Below are positions 38,807 through 47,801 of a stretch of 64,000 nucleotides of DNA, piece after piece (the first letter of the stretch is position 1; every line of letters starts with the position of its first letter). The stretch spans positions 4,523 through 68,522 of the IMG/VR virus record IMGVR_UViG_3300046171_000328. The stretch is one strand, 5' to 3'. Below the pieces are notes generated by a model. The model was not told the DNA's origin and made no database searches. It saw nothing but the letters and a program-made list of their open reading frames with translations. The DNA is from a virus. Made by a program: the position numbers and the translations under genes.

Positions 38807-39178
38807 GAACCCCTGCATCCTGACAAGTTTAGGCGCTTAAAGGAAGCAGGGGCCTTTGCCAAAGAAACTACAACGAAATAATCATCTATGCGCCGGTATC
38901 AAGAGCGCAGATGAAATAGAACACCCAACGGGTAGGTGTGAGGCCCACGATCAATGTGGGCCTTGGCTCCATGCCACTAACTGAGATGATATATTGCCCC
39001 CCAATATTTCAGAACAGGCAATGATCCGAATAGTAATGAATTCCAAAAAAAGTTCAATTGTATTTTTCATTGCTGGAAAACGCAGATACAGTTTGGTTGT
39101 TCGTTAAGGCCCATTATCAAACTCATCCATTAGTATTAGCTAACCAGCTTTGAACATCTCAACTGTTCAAAGTTCTGC

Positions 39179-39925
39179 TTAATTTGCCTGCCAAGTCCAA
39201 CCCTCAATCGCAATCAAGTTATCCTCCTCATCTCGGACTGCAAAACAGTCTGAATTCATTTCAACCACTTCTCCTGTGTCTTGGCGAATACATCGATAGT
39301 TTCTCAGTTCAACTCTCTGTTCGCCATGAACCAGTTTCAACCGCTGCTGTTCAATCCACTGGCGATCATCGATATGTACATAGTGATGTAAATAATATTC
39401 GTAAGGCGTGTCTTTGTCCTCAAGAACGCCGTACATCGCTTTGATTTCATCCGAAATATAATCAAATTCCATTTTGATTAGATTCAATCTCCAACGTGAA
39501 AGTGGTCTATATTCTTTTTTTGATTCAGAATCCTTCACTCGCTTCAGAACTCCGCGCAGTCCATGAACCTGACCTGTATCTTCGTCAAAAACCGGAATCA
39601 CGCGATCACTAATTGTGATGATTTGGCCGTTGTCTGGGCGAATCCAGCGATGAATGAGGGTGTCTTCTTTAGCATGATCTGAGTTAATCATTTTTTTCTG
39701 ATGTTCAACTACACGCAATCTATCTTCAGGGTGTGTCTGCTGAAGGAAGAGCGCGTCATTGATGTCTTCTAATTGCCCCCAGTCGTTATATTTACTGTAT
39801 TTTTGAGGTAGTCCAAGAATCGTGACGCAATCAGTATTAATCACGCTAAAGCGACTTAGTTCAATGTCGTAATACCACTTACCTTCAAGGTGCTGGTGGT
39901 CTTCAAAGCTGATGTAGCCTGTCAT
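39179..39925 (-). CDS. Stand-alone tandem PAS-domain protein
   Basis: THPEDRLRV...HRWIRPDNGQ and VHIDDRQWI...YRCIRQDTGE, two PAS_3-like folds. Confidence 0.8.
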   Translation of the reverse strand: MTGYISFEDHQHLEGKWYYDIELSRFSVINTDCVTILGLPQKYSKYNDWGQLEDINDALFLQQTHPEDRLRVVEHQKKMINSDHAKEDTLIHRWIRPDNGQIITISDRVIPVFDEDTGQVHGLRGVLKRVKDSESKKEYRPLSRWRLNLIKMEFDYISDEIKAMYGVLEDKDTPYEYYLHHYVHIDDRQWIEQQRLKLVHGEQRVELRNYRCIRQDTGEVVEMNSDCFAVRDEEDNLIAIEGWTWQAN

Positions 39926-40086
39926 GCGGAGAGTTTGTATAGAAAGCCGATGGAAGATGTCAATCTATGACATTAATGGTGGGGGTGAACGTCATGTTGT
40001 TACCGGTGGGTGTGTCATTGGCTATTTATAAGTCAAATTACTATTGAAGCACAAGACTAGATAACAAATAATTACATTTAGTGTAG

Positions 40087-40518
40087 TCAATTTTGAGCGT
40101 ACATCGTAATGCCTCGAAACCCGATTAATTCTTTATTTGCGTTCTCGACTCGGTAGACGAGAGAACTTAACATTTTGATTTCGCCGGTGTCCTGCTTGAT
40201 GATCCTGTGATTCCAATTAATTGGCGACTCGCCGCTGATCAGCCGCATTCGAATCTGCTCAATCAATGCTTGATCTTCAAGATAGACGTAATCATATAAA
40301 AATTGCTGATAACTGACTTCAGAGCCTCTGGGGATTCCATAGATGTCATAGCTCTTGTTTCCCAAAGCGCTGAATTCCATGTTGGTGAGATCTAAAAACC
40401 ATCCGCCAGCGCCAGCAAACTCTTCAAGCGTGTCGAGGAGAATTTGATTCTCTCGCTCAACTGACATCGAAGTAGTGGTTTTGAACCTGAATTTTTCGTC
40501 GATTTGGTCGAGTGTCAT
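40087..40518 (-). CDS. Stand-alone PAS-domain protein
   Basis: AGAGGWFLDL...YDIYGI...VYLEDQALI...HRIIKQDTGEIK; start taken at ATG 40518. Confidence 0.8.
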   Translation of the reverse strand: MTLDQIDEKFRFKTTTSMSVERENQILLDTLEEFAGAGGWFLDLTNMEFSALGNKSYDIYGIPRGSEVSYQQFLYDYVYLEDQALIEQIRMRLISGESPINWNHRIIKQDTGEIKMLSSLVYRVENANKELIGFRGITMYAQN

Positions 40519-41496
40519 TTTTGATTTCTCATAAAATTCAAAAAAAAGACGTACATTTTCAAAAAAAATTATGCTAATAAGTACATTTTTTAGGTTATCC
40601 AATAAAGATGAATATATTCAACAGTTTAGATATTTATTTTCTGATAGCGAGAAAAAATGTTTCAAGAGTGTCTCAATTTCATCTGGTTAATGAATATTTT
40701 AAGAAACCAGTTTAATTGCAATTCAGTTGTTTAATTACTGCTTTTGTTACAAACAATAAACAAGAATCGATAGTACAGCTTCTAAAACAATGTTTCAAGA
40801 CTCTTTGTGACAGATTGTGACACAAAAAAACGTTGCAATGTAGTTTCAGAGGGTTAATATCGACTTTCATTTTACGGAAAAGACATGATGTTTTTTTTCA
40901 CAGAGCATGGAGCAAATCATTAAAAATAGCGCAGTAGGCCTTCCGCGCTTTATGAAGTGAGTCCTTAAATGATACTCCAAGACATCCAAGCGTTAGCGGC
41001 TTCTGCAATGTCCCGCCAGCACAGCTACCCTCTGGGGAGCTTGATGGTAACACGCAGTGTCTGTCAAGTTTATCCCTACAAGTTGGGAGGTCCATCGTTT
41101 GGGTGGATTACAACAAATTTCAACTGGTTTTCTGGATACTACGACCTATCTACTTGTGCGCAGATCCGGCGTCACGTTGACTTTAAATTTTTCTACCGCC
41201 TTTTCATGCTCTTCCCCTTATTCAAGTAATTTACAAAATCACTCTCAACTCTTGAGTTGGGCCGCAGGGATTTTTAAACATTACTTGAGTAAACTATTGC
41301 AAAAGCAAAACACGTCAAAGTGTGAATTCTGTAATATCAGCCGACGAGCGCAGCGCTCGGCTATTTATCTGGCAACTAGATCATATAATTCTTTCGGACT
41401 ATTCCTGAGTCGCTATTCCAAGCGATTTAGCAGAATTCTTCATCCTGTCAACTACAACTCTCCTCACATTCGCTGGTTTTCGCCATTTTGAAAAAG

Positions 41497-41530
41497 TGGG
41501 TTGTTCCGATACTTCAAACAGTGAGATAAT
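41497..41530 (+). promoter_or_regulatory. Promoter with GGGTTGTT motif
   Basis: GGG TTGTTC-N18-GATAAT; spacer resembles that at 42721 (ATACTTCA...TGAGATAAT). Confidence 0.65.
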
Positions 41531-41598
41531 AGTTCCCATGGCTATGACTATGGGCTATTATTGATCGTTTTATAACACCCCCGTTCAGGATCAATAAA

Positions 41599-41793
41599 AT
41601 GGCAAGTAATTCCAATATTCGTCTAGCCTACTCCAACGGTAGCACAATCTCCCAAAAAGCCGCTGACAAGGCTTCTGAGAATCGCTTTTTGGAAGCATGT
41701 GCATATATTTTAATGATTGATGAAGGATATTCACCGAGGGATAAGATATGCCAGCTAGACAGTTTACTCCCGAAGAGAGAGCGAAAAAGATAG
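41599..41793 (+). CDS. Small hypothetical protein
   Basis: First ORF after the promoter, AGGA RBS. Confidence 0.45.
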   Translation: MASNSNIRLAYSNGSTISQKAADKASENRFLEACAYILMIDEGYSPRDKICQLDSLLPKRERKR

Positions 41794-42722
41794 GAGCCAG
41801 TGACATTCCGATTATGCTCGGAATGTCAAAATTCAGAACTCCGATGGAACTGCTACACGAAAAGAAAGGGGAAGCGGTCCCATCTGAGGTTGGCAATGCT
41901 GCCATCTGGGGAACCTACCTTGAGCCGTTCGTTTGCGAAATAGCGGAGAAAGAAAAAGGCTTCAAACTCCGTCAGGTACATAAGCAGGTAGTTCATCCGA
42001 AAATGAACTACTTCGGTTGTCACCTAGACCGCAAAATTTCAGGCACACCTACCACCAACGTTGAAATCAAAACGCTAACCACTCGCACACGCAGCGAGTG
42101 GGATTCCAACGAAAACCAGCTTCCAGACCATTATTACATGCAAGTGCAAGCTCAGATGGCTTGTGATCTCAAGTTGACACACACACTGGTCATTGGAGCA
42201 ATTCTGGACTCCAGAGAGTTGATCTATCGAATGATTCCCCGTGATGAAGAAACGATTGAGTTCATTGAAGCCGAGGTGAAATTCTTCTGGGAAGAGTGTG
42301 TACAAGGGATTTCCAGACCGAGAAACTTACGCTACGATGACTACAAGGATACATATTTCAGCCGTGAAAGCGCTGATTATGTGGATGGTGACGATATGGG
42401 CCTGTTACTTGACATGGCCAACCTGAAAGCTCAGAAAAGCTCTCTGGAGACAGAGATTTCAAGAATGGAAGAGAAGATAGCTGAGAGAATGGCGGCTGTT
42501 GATGAACTGCAAGCGACAGATGAAACGTGGCTGGCAAGATTTCGCCCGATGGAAACCAAGCGTTTAAATGTTAAGCGCTTGCGTGAAGACCATCCGTCTC
42601 TCTGCAAAGACTACACTGAAGTTACTGAGAAACGATCCCTACGGTTAAACCTCAAAGCCATCCGTGAAAGTTATGTCGTATCGAACGAGCGACAGGCCGA
42701 AACAGCACAAACTCTAAATTAG
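41748..42722 (+). CDS. YqaJ-like viral recombinase exonuclease
   Basis: IGASDIPIMLGMSKFRTP, WGTYLEP, HLDR, VEIKT, PDHYYMQVQAQM. Confidence 0.92.
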   Translation: MPARQFTPEERAKKIGASDIPIMLGMSKFRTPMELLHEKKGEAVPSEVGNAAIWGTYLEPFVCEIAEKEKGFKLRQVHKQVVHPKMNYFGCHLDRKISGTPTTNVEIKTLTTRTRSEWDSNENQLPDHYYMQVQAQMACDLKLTHTLVIGAILDSRELIYRMIPRDEETIEFIEAEVKFFWEECVQGISRPRNLRYDDYKDTYFSRESADYVDGDDMGLLLDMANLKAQKSSLETEISRMEEKIAERMAAVDELQATDETWLARFRPMETKRLNVKRLREDHPSLCKDYTEVTEKRSLRLNLKAIRESYVVSNERQAETAQTLN

Positions 42723-42755
42723 GGGGTTGTTCCCATACTTCAGCTTTGAGATAAT
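42721..42755 (+). promoter_or_regulatory. Promoter with GGGTTGTT motif
   Basis: GGGGG TTGTTC-N17-GATAAT. Confidence 0.65.
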
Positions 42756-42819
42756 TCTAAAATATCATCGGAAATGGATCTCCGATTACTGACTGAAACC
42801 TCCCATCATAAGGCGAGAA

Positions 42820-43527
42820 ATGGCAAATCCATTCAAAAAAGCCAGCAAAGAGTCTGGCACTTGGGCCAGAGTGCTGATGGCTGGACCATCCGGCACAGGA
42901 AAGACGTACTCAGCGTTGCAGGTAGCTTCTGCGTTGGGCAAAGTGGCTTTGATCGACACCGAGTTTGGCTCTGCAAAGAAGTACGGTGACAAATTTCAAT
43001 TTGACTGCGTTGAGTTGTATGGTGGCTACACCACTGAAGCTCTGATTGAAAACATCAATGCTGCAGTAGAGAACAAGTATTCAGCGCTGATAATCGACAG
43101 CTTCTCCCACTTCTGGGAAGGCGACGGTGGCATTCTGGAATTTGTAGACATCGAAAAGGCTGGTGAGGCCAAGAACAACATGAACGCTTGGGGCAAGGCT
43201 AGCCCGAAATGGCGTCAGCAAATTGCAGCAATGCTGAGAGCGCCGATTCATTTGATTGTGACCTGCCGTACTAAGAATGCGGTGGAAGCTACCAATGTCA
43301 ATGGGCGAATGCAGGTCAAGTCGGTTGGGACCAAGGTTGTGCAGCGGGAAGGCTTCGAATACGAATTAGACATGGTCGCAAATTTTCGCATTGAAGACGG
43401 TCTGAACCTCTGTCACATCGAAAAAACCCGTTGCTCTGACTTGCATGGCCAGACGTTCAAAAACCTCAATGCTGAACACCTCATGCCCTACTTTAAATGG
43501 TTGGGTATTATTTCTGAAACTAAATAA
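42820..43527 (+). CDS. AAA_24 ATPase (Sak4-like annealase)
   Basis: GPSGTGKTYSAL, LIDTE, IIDSFSHFW, QREGFEYELD. Confidence 0.88.
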   Translation: MANPFKKASKESGTWARVLMAGPSGTGKTYSALQVASALGKVALIDTEFGSAKKYGDKFQFDCVELYGGYTTEALIENINAAVENKYSALIIDSFSHFWEGDGGILEFVDIEKAGEAKNNMNAWGKASPKWRQQIAAMLRAPIHLIVTCRTKNAVEATNVNGRMQVKSVGTKVVQREGFEYELDMVANFRIEDGLNLCHIEKTRCSDLHGQTFKNLNAEHLMPYFKWLGIISETK

Positions 43528-43539
43528 CAGGGCTGTAAA

Positions 43540-44280
43540 ATGGCTTACATGGACTATGATTTCAACGCTCTGGGGGATGCTCCAGACACTCCGAAAAAAC
43601 CTCAGTTTGAAGATGGTTTTTATCATGTTCAAATCGTGGACGGCATCATCAAGGGACCGAGTGAGAAGGGTTCAACTGGCGTAATGCTGACTTATGCCAA
43701 TCTGGAAAATCCAACGATGCGCATCAATGATTATTTTATGATCAAACACACTCGCGTCAATTCTCCTGATCCTGAAGAAGCCAAGATGTACATGCGCCTG
43801 ATTGATGAGCGGATGAGGGACTTGCAGCGAGTGTCAGCGTTGGTTGACCTGCGCGATCCCAACGGCAATCCGAGGACGGCACAGGACACCAATGAGTTGA
43901 TTGGTCACAACATCGTGATCAAGGTCAAAACCAAGCCGTCCAAGAATCCTGATTTTCCAATTGATCGGGACGTGAAGGGGCGCTACAAGTCTTCAGATTG
44001 GCCAAAATACTCTTCGATGAACAGCTATCCTGCCATCAATCCACAGCCAACGAGCGCTGCTTCCAGCAGCTACGGCTTTGGCCAAGACCGCGCCGGTAAT
44101 ATTCCGACTCAATTGCCAAGCGGCAACCCTCCAGCGGTCTTTCCTAATGACCCTCCAGCCAATGCGCCTCATCCATCCGTCACAGGTACTGGAATTGACG
44201 GGAATTCAGGCCATGCGATGAACAATTCAATGAGCAATGGAAACAATGCTCCATATGTCGAAGACGATGTTCCGTTCTGA
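43540..44280 (+). CDS. DUF669-like single-stranded DNA-binding protein
   Basis: DGFYHVQI OB-like N-terminus, disordered tail ending DDVPF; follows the Sak4-like gene. Confidence 0.75.
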   Translation: MAYMDYDFNALGDAPDTPKKPQFEDGFYHVQIVDGIIKGPSEKGSTGVMLTYANLENPTMRINDYFMIKHTRVNSPDPEEAKMYMRLIDERMRDLQRVSALVDLRDPNGNPRTAQDTNELIGHNIVIKVKTKPSKNPDFPIDRDVKGRYKSSDWPKYSSMNSYPAINPQPTSAASSSYGFGQDRAGNIPTQLPSGNPPAVFPNDPPANAPHPSVTGTGIDGNSGHAMNNSMSNGNNAPYVEDDVPF

Positions 44281-44312
44281 CAAAAAAAGTCAATAAAATC
44301 AGTAATTTAACC

Positions 44313-44342
44313 AGCCTATGAGGTAACACTCATGGGCTTTTT
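44313..44342 (+). terminator. Rho-independent terminator
   Basis: AGCCTATGAG-GTAACA-CTCATGGGCT followed by TTTT. Confidence 0.65.
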
Positions 44343-44357
44343 AATTTCAGGGGTTTC

Positions 44358-46673
44358 ATGGTCCAATTCACTTCTTTTCCGGAAGTTTGGAATAGCTATC
44401 TTCAAGCTGGTCTAGCTTTGATTCCAGTTCAACTGGACACCAAGGCTCCAAATCAGCAAGCGCTCAATGATGCGCTGCCCGAAGACTATCCAATCGACAC
44501 GGAGAAAAACCGGCGACACAAGCCGTTCAACCAGTGGGAATTTTCAGACAAAGAGTGGCGAAAACGAGCATTCGACAAACTCGTTCAGCGCAATGAACAA
44601 TTCAATTACGGTATTGTTGGAGGCAAGGCTTCCGGTAACACTCTCGTCATCGACATCGATCATCTGTACGGTCCCACCTTCGCACGCCCCGAACTTCGGG
44701 TTCTCTTTCAATCGGCAGCAATCGTAAAAACTGGCAAAGAAGGCGGTCAAGGCCGTCATTTGTGGGTGCGCTGCTCTGACAAAATAGACTTCGATAATTA
44801 CAAGTGGTATTACAACGGTCAACTTGGCGGAGAAGTCTGCGGAGTCCGAAACATTCTGGTCCCGCCGTCGATTCATCCGGTGACTGGTGCAACATACCAA
44901 CTGATCAGCGGTGACTTCAACGACCTGCCTGTTTATTCTCTGGAACAGATCAAGACTTGGTTTCCAGAGAAGACTCGACCTTCCAGACCCACCTTCAAAA
45001 TCCCTCCACCTCGGCCATCAGAGACACGCGAATTCCGGCCTATTTACGATTCTATCCGGTGGGCTGATTTGTTCGCAGCAGAGGGAATGCTACGGGGCTG
45101 GCATGGCAGCAAAGCGCATGTTGAGTGTCCAAATGCTAGCCAGCATTCTGAAGACAAGCGTCACGGCATGGACACTTCAACTTCAATTCTAGTCCAGCCA
45201 GATGGAGTTCACGTCTTTAAGTGCCTGCACAGCCACTGTGAGCATATTGATCGTGACTGGCTGATGGAGCGCTTCAAGTATCGACTGCCAGCATTCAGTG
45301 AAGAATTTGTGCCGATGGAGCAATCCAAGCCGACACAGTTCAAGCCGATTGCTCCACCCAAAGCCCCACAAAAGCGTGAAACAGGGCTTCCTGATCCGAA
45401 ACTTTTTCAGCTTTACGGACTGGCCGGCGAGTGGCAAAAGCATATCTGTGACACGGCACGCTATCGTCAAGAAGTCTTAGCTGCTGGCGCAGTGCTGGCG
45501 GCGGCTGGCTCAATCATGGGGCGGCGAGTGGTGACCGAGGATGCAACAGCCATGGGATCAAACGTCTATTGTATTGGTGCAGCATCCACCGCATCCGGCA
45601 AGGATCATATCATTACCTGCGTGGAAACCGCCTTTACTGCGATTGATCTGCACCGCAAAATTACCGGAAGCGATTTCACCAGCGATGCGGCATTGGAGAA
45701 AATTCTTCTGACTTATCCAAGCGCTTTGATGCTGATTGATGAGTGTGCGGAGGTTCTGCAAGGAATGTTGCAGCCGATGCAGTACAACCAACAGCAGGCT
45801 ATTGCAGCAAGAATTGGCCGCATGTTACTCTCGCTCTACACTTCTAGTAGACCGACGAAGAATTGGCTTGGGAAAGAGTATGCGAGAAACAGAGGAGGGG
45901 CGGACGGGCATGACGAGCGAATTGAGATTTGGATGCCCTGTGTTTCACTCTTTGGACTGACGGTTCCCAACTCGCTTTACAAAGTGATCACACCGGATCT
46001 AGTCGAAGGCGGAATGCTGAATCGGCTACTGCTTTTTATGTCTGAGAATCCAAACGTAACCAGCAATCATTCACCATCTAGAGAACCGCTTCCACAAAAA
46101 GTGCTGGACAAGCTGGCAAGCATTGGCAACTGGATTCCCAATAACGGTGCAGCCCGTGAGTACGAGGCCAAAGTAACTCCACACATTGTTCGCTATTCCA
46201 GTGAGGCACAAAAAGTGTGGAAGGAAATGTCAGATGAGTCAGACCAGATTCGAATAAATCCGAATATGCCATACCACGAACTCAATTTGCGGATGGTTGA
46301 GAACGCTAAAAAAGTCTCTCTGATCACCTCTACTTTGAACGGGGAGCAGGAGATCACTGGCGAATGTGCTAATGCTGCAAGAATCTTAGTTGGCGAATCA
46401 GTGCGAGTCTTAAAGTGGAATCTGCTAAATCGCACCGGTGAAAATTCTGAGTTTTCAAAGAATCTGAACAAGACTCTACAGTTCATTCGCGCTCAAGGCG
46501 AGGAAGGTGCTTCCGCAACAGAGTTTGCCCGTGCCCTGCGGGGGATCAAGAAACGGGAACGGTACGAAATACTCGACCAGTTGGTGGAATCTGGACAAGT
46601 GGAGCAAGTCGAATATCAGCGCGAGGGAGAGCAATCAAAGCAAGTCTGGCGAATGTCAAAGGAGGAGGAATGA
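44358..46673 (+). CDS. Bifunctional primase-polymerase fused to DUF3987 helicase-like domain
   Basis: NYGIVGG...VIDID, GRHLW, VPPSIHPVTG; Zn motif CPN..H/CLHSHC; STASGKD, LIDE, GMLNRLL. Confidence 0.85.
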   Translation: MVQFTSFPEVWNSYLQAGLALIPVQLDTKAPNQQALNDALPEDYPIDTEKNRRHKPFNQWEFSDKEWRKRAFDKLVQRNEQFNYGIVGGKASGNTLVIDIDHLYGPTFARPELRVLFQSAAIVKTGKEGGQGRHLWVRCSDKIDFDNYKWYYNGQLGGEVCGVRNILVPPSIHPVTGATYQLISGDFNDLPVYSLEQIKTWFPEKTRPSRPTFKIPPPRPSETREFRPIYDSIRWADLFAAEGMLRGWHGSKAHVECPNASQHSEDKRHGMDTSTSILVQPDGVHVFKCLHSHCEHIDRDWLMERFKYRLPAFSEEFVPMEQSKPTQFKPIAPPKAPQKRETGLPDPKLFQLYGLAGEWQKHICDTARYRQEVLAAGAVLAAAGSIMGRRVVTEDATAMGSNVYCIGAASTASGKDHIITCVETAFTAIDLHRKITGSDFTSDAALEKILLTYPSALMLIDECAEVLQGMLQPMQYNQQQAIAARIGRMLLSLYTSSRPTKNWLGKEYARNRGGADGHDERIEIWMPCVSLFGLTVPNSLYKVITPDLVEGGMLNRLLLFMSENPNVTSNHSPSREPLPQKVLDKLASIGNWIPNNGAAREYEAKVTPHIVRYSSEAQKVWKEMSDESDQIRINPNMPYHELNLRMVENAKKVSLITSTLNGEQEITGECANAARILVGESVRVLKWNLLNRTGENSEFSKNLNKTLQFIRAQGEEGASATEFARALRGIKKRERYEILDQLVESGQVEQVEYQREGEQSKQVWRMSKEEE

Positions 46674-46840
46674 GAGTTCACTTCAAATGCCGAGCCTGTG
46701 GTAAAATTCAACCAATGGAAAAGCAGGTCACTGATGGGAAAAATCTATTTTGTTCTGAGCGATGCAGTGGTGGTTATTTGCCACCATCATTATTAACCAG
46801 CAGTTGGAAGGGGTTACGCAATGCTAAAAAAAGTGTTTGA
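46670..46840 (+). CDS. Small Zn-finger protein (not in the ORF track)
   Basis: MRVHFKCRACGK...FCSERC, 56 aa, GGAGG RBS, ATGA overlap. Confidence 0.6.
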   Translation: MRVHFKCRACGKIQPMEKQVTDGKNLFCSERCSGGYLPPSLLTSSWKGLRNAKKSV

Positions 46841-47245
46841 AATCACACCTGTGGCAAAGCCGCGCATGAGTCAAAAAGATGTCTGGGCCAAGCGACCTTG
46901 CGTTCTAAAATATCGTGCTTACTGTGATGAACTGAGGCTTCAAGCTGGCAAATGGGAACTGCCGTACAGTTTTGCGGTGACGTTTGTCTGCCCGATGCCC
47001 AAGAGTTGGAGCAAGAAAAAACGGGCTGAGATGGAAGGAAAGCCGATGCAGACAACACCAGATAATTCTAATCTGCTCAAGGCACTTGAAGATGCTTTGC
47101 TCAAGATGATTCGAAAGTCTGGCAGGTTGCAGCAAAGAAAATCTGGGGAGTTGAAGGTCGAGTGGAGGTGATGGAAATTGAGAACGTGTTGTTTCAGTTT
47201 GCCGACAGGCGCAAGGCTCCGAGAGAAGAAGAGGCTCTGACATGA
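46821..47245 (+). CDS. rusA: RusA-family Holliday junction resolvase (frameshift near 47104)
   Basis: PVAKPRM, PMPKSWSKKKR, PDNSNLLKALEDAL; one added A restores KDDSKVW...KIW and a stop overlapping the next ATG. Confidence 0.8.
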
Positions 47246-47706
47246 TACCACTTCTAATCGCCAATGCGCTGGGGCTGAAGATCAAGCCCAGACCACAACT
47301 AACTGTTCACTCAGAGTGGCCAGATGACAAGTTTGTTGAGTTTCTGAACACTTGCATTGGTGGAGACGCTTATCAAATGAGCCGAGCAGAAATCAGTGAA
47401 GTCGAGGACCTGCGTGAGTATGCCGAAATTCGTCTCCTTGAGCGCTCTCCACACCACAGTCACAAGAACCCAAAGAAACGGGCGCGGTATATGCTCTGGC
47501 GCGAAGAAGAAGACAAGCTCGTTTGCAAAACAGTTTTTGGCTCAATCCGTAAGCAACGAGGTACAAAGGGCTTTGGCCAGAAGGAAAAACCAAAGAAGAA
47601 TGATCAGAACCGGATTCAGACAATGTGGAGCGAGGAGTTGAGATCATGGTGTCGTTGGGATAGCTGGAAACGGGACTATGTTGTTGACGAAAGTTTAAAT
47701 GGCTGA
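47242..47706 (+). CDS. Hypothetical protein
   Basis: Translationally coupled to the corrected rusA stop. Confidence 0.55.
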   Translation: MIPLLIANALGLKIKPRPQLTVHSEWPDDKFVEFLNTCIGGDAYQMSRAEISEVEDLREYAEIRLLERSPHHSHKNPKKRARYMLWREEEDKLVCKTVFGSIRKQRGTKGFGQKEKPKKNDQNRIQTMWSEELRSWCRWDSWKRDYVVDESLNG

Positions 47707-47801
47707 AATGACCGTTTTAGCCCTTTTGACTTTTTTGGTTGAAAAACAGATAGTTTTCATGAACTATAGCTGGAAATCGAACTCTTACAAAACGAGTCTC
47801 T

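Noticed and set aside
40900-41490. Stop-codon recoding
   Set aside because: All three stop codons interrupt the fragments, and genes elsewhere end normally in TAA, TAG and TGA
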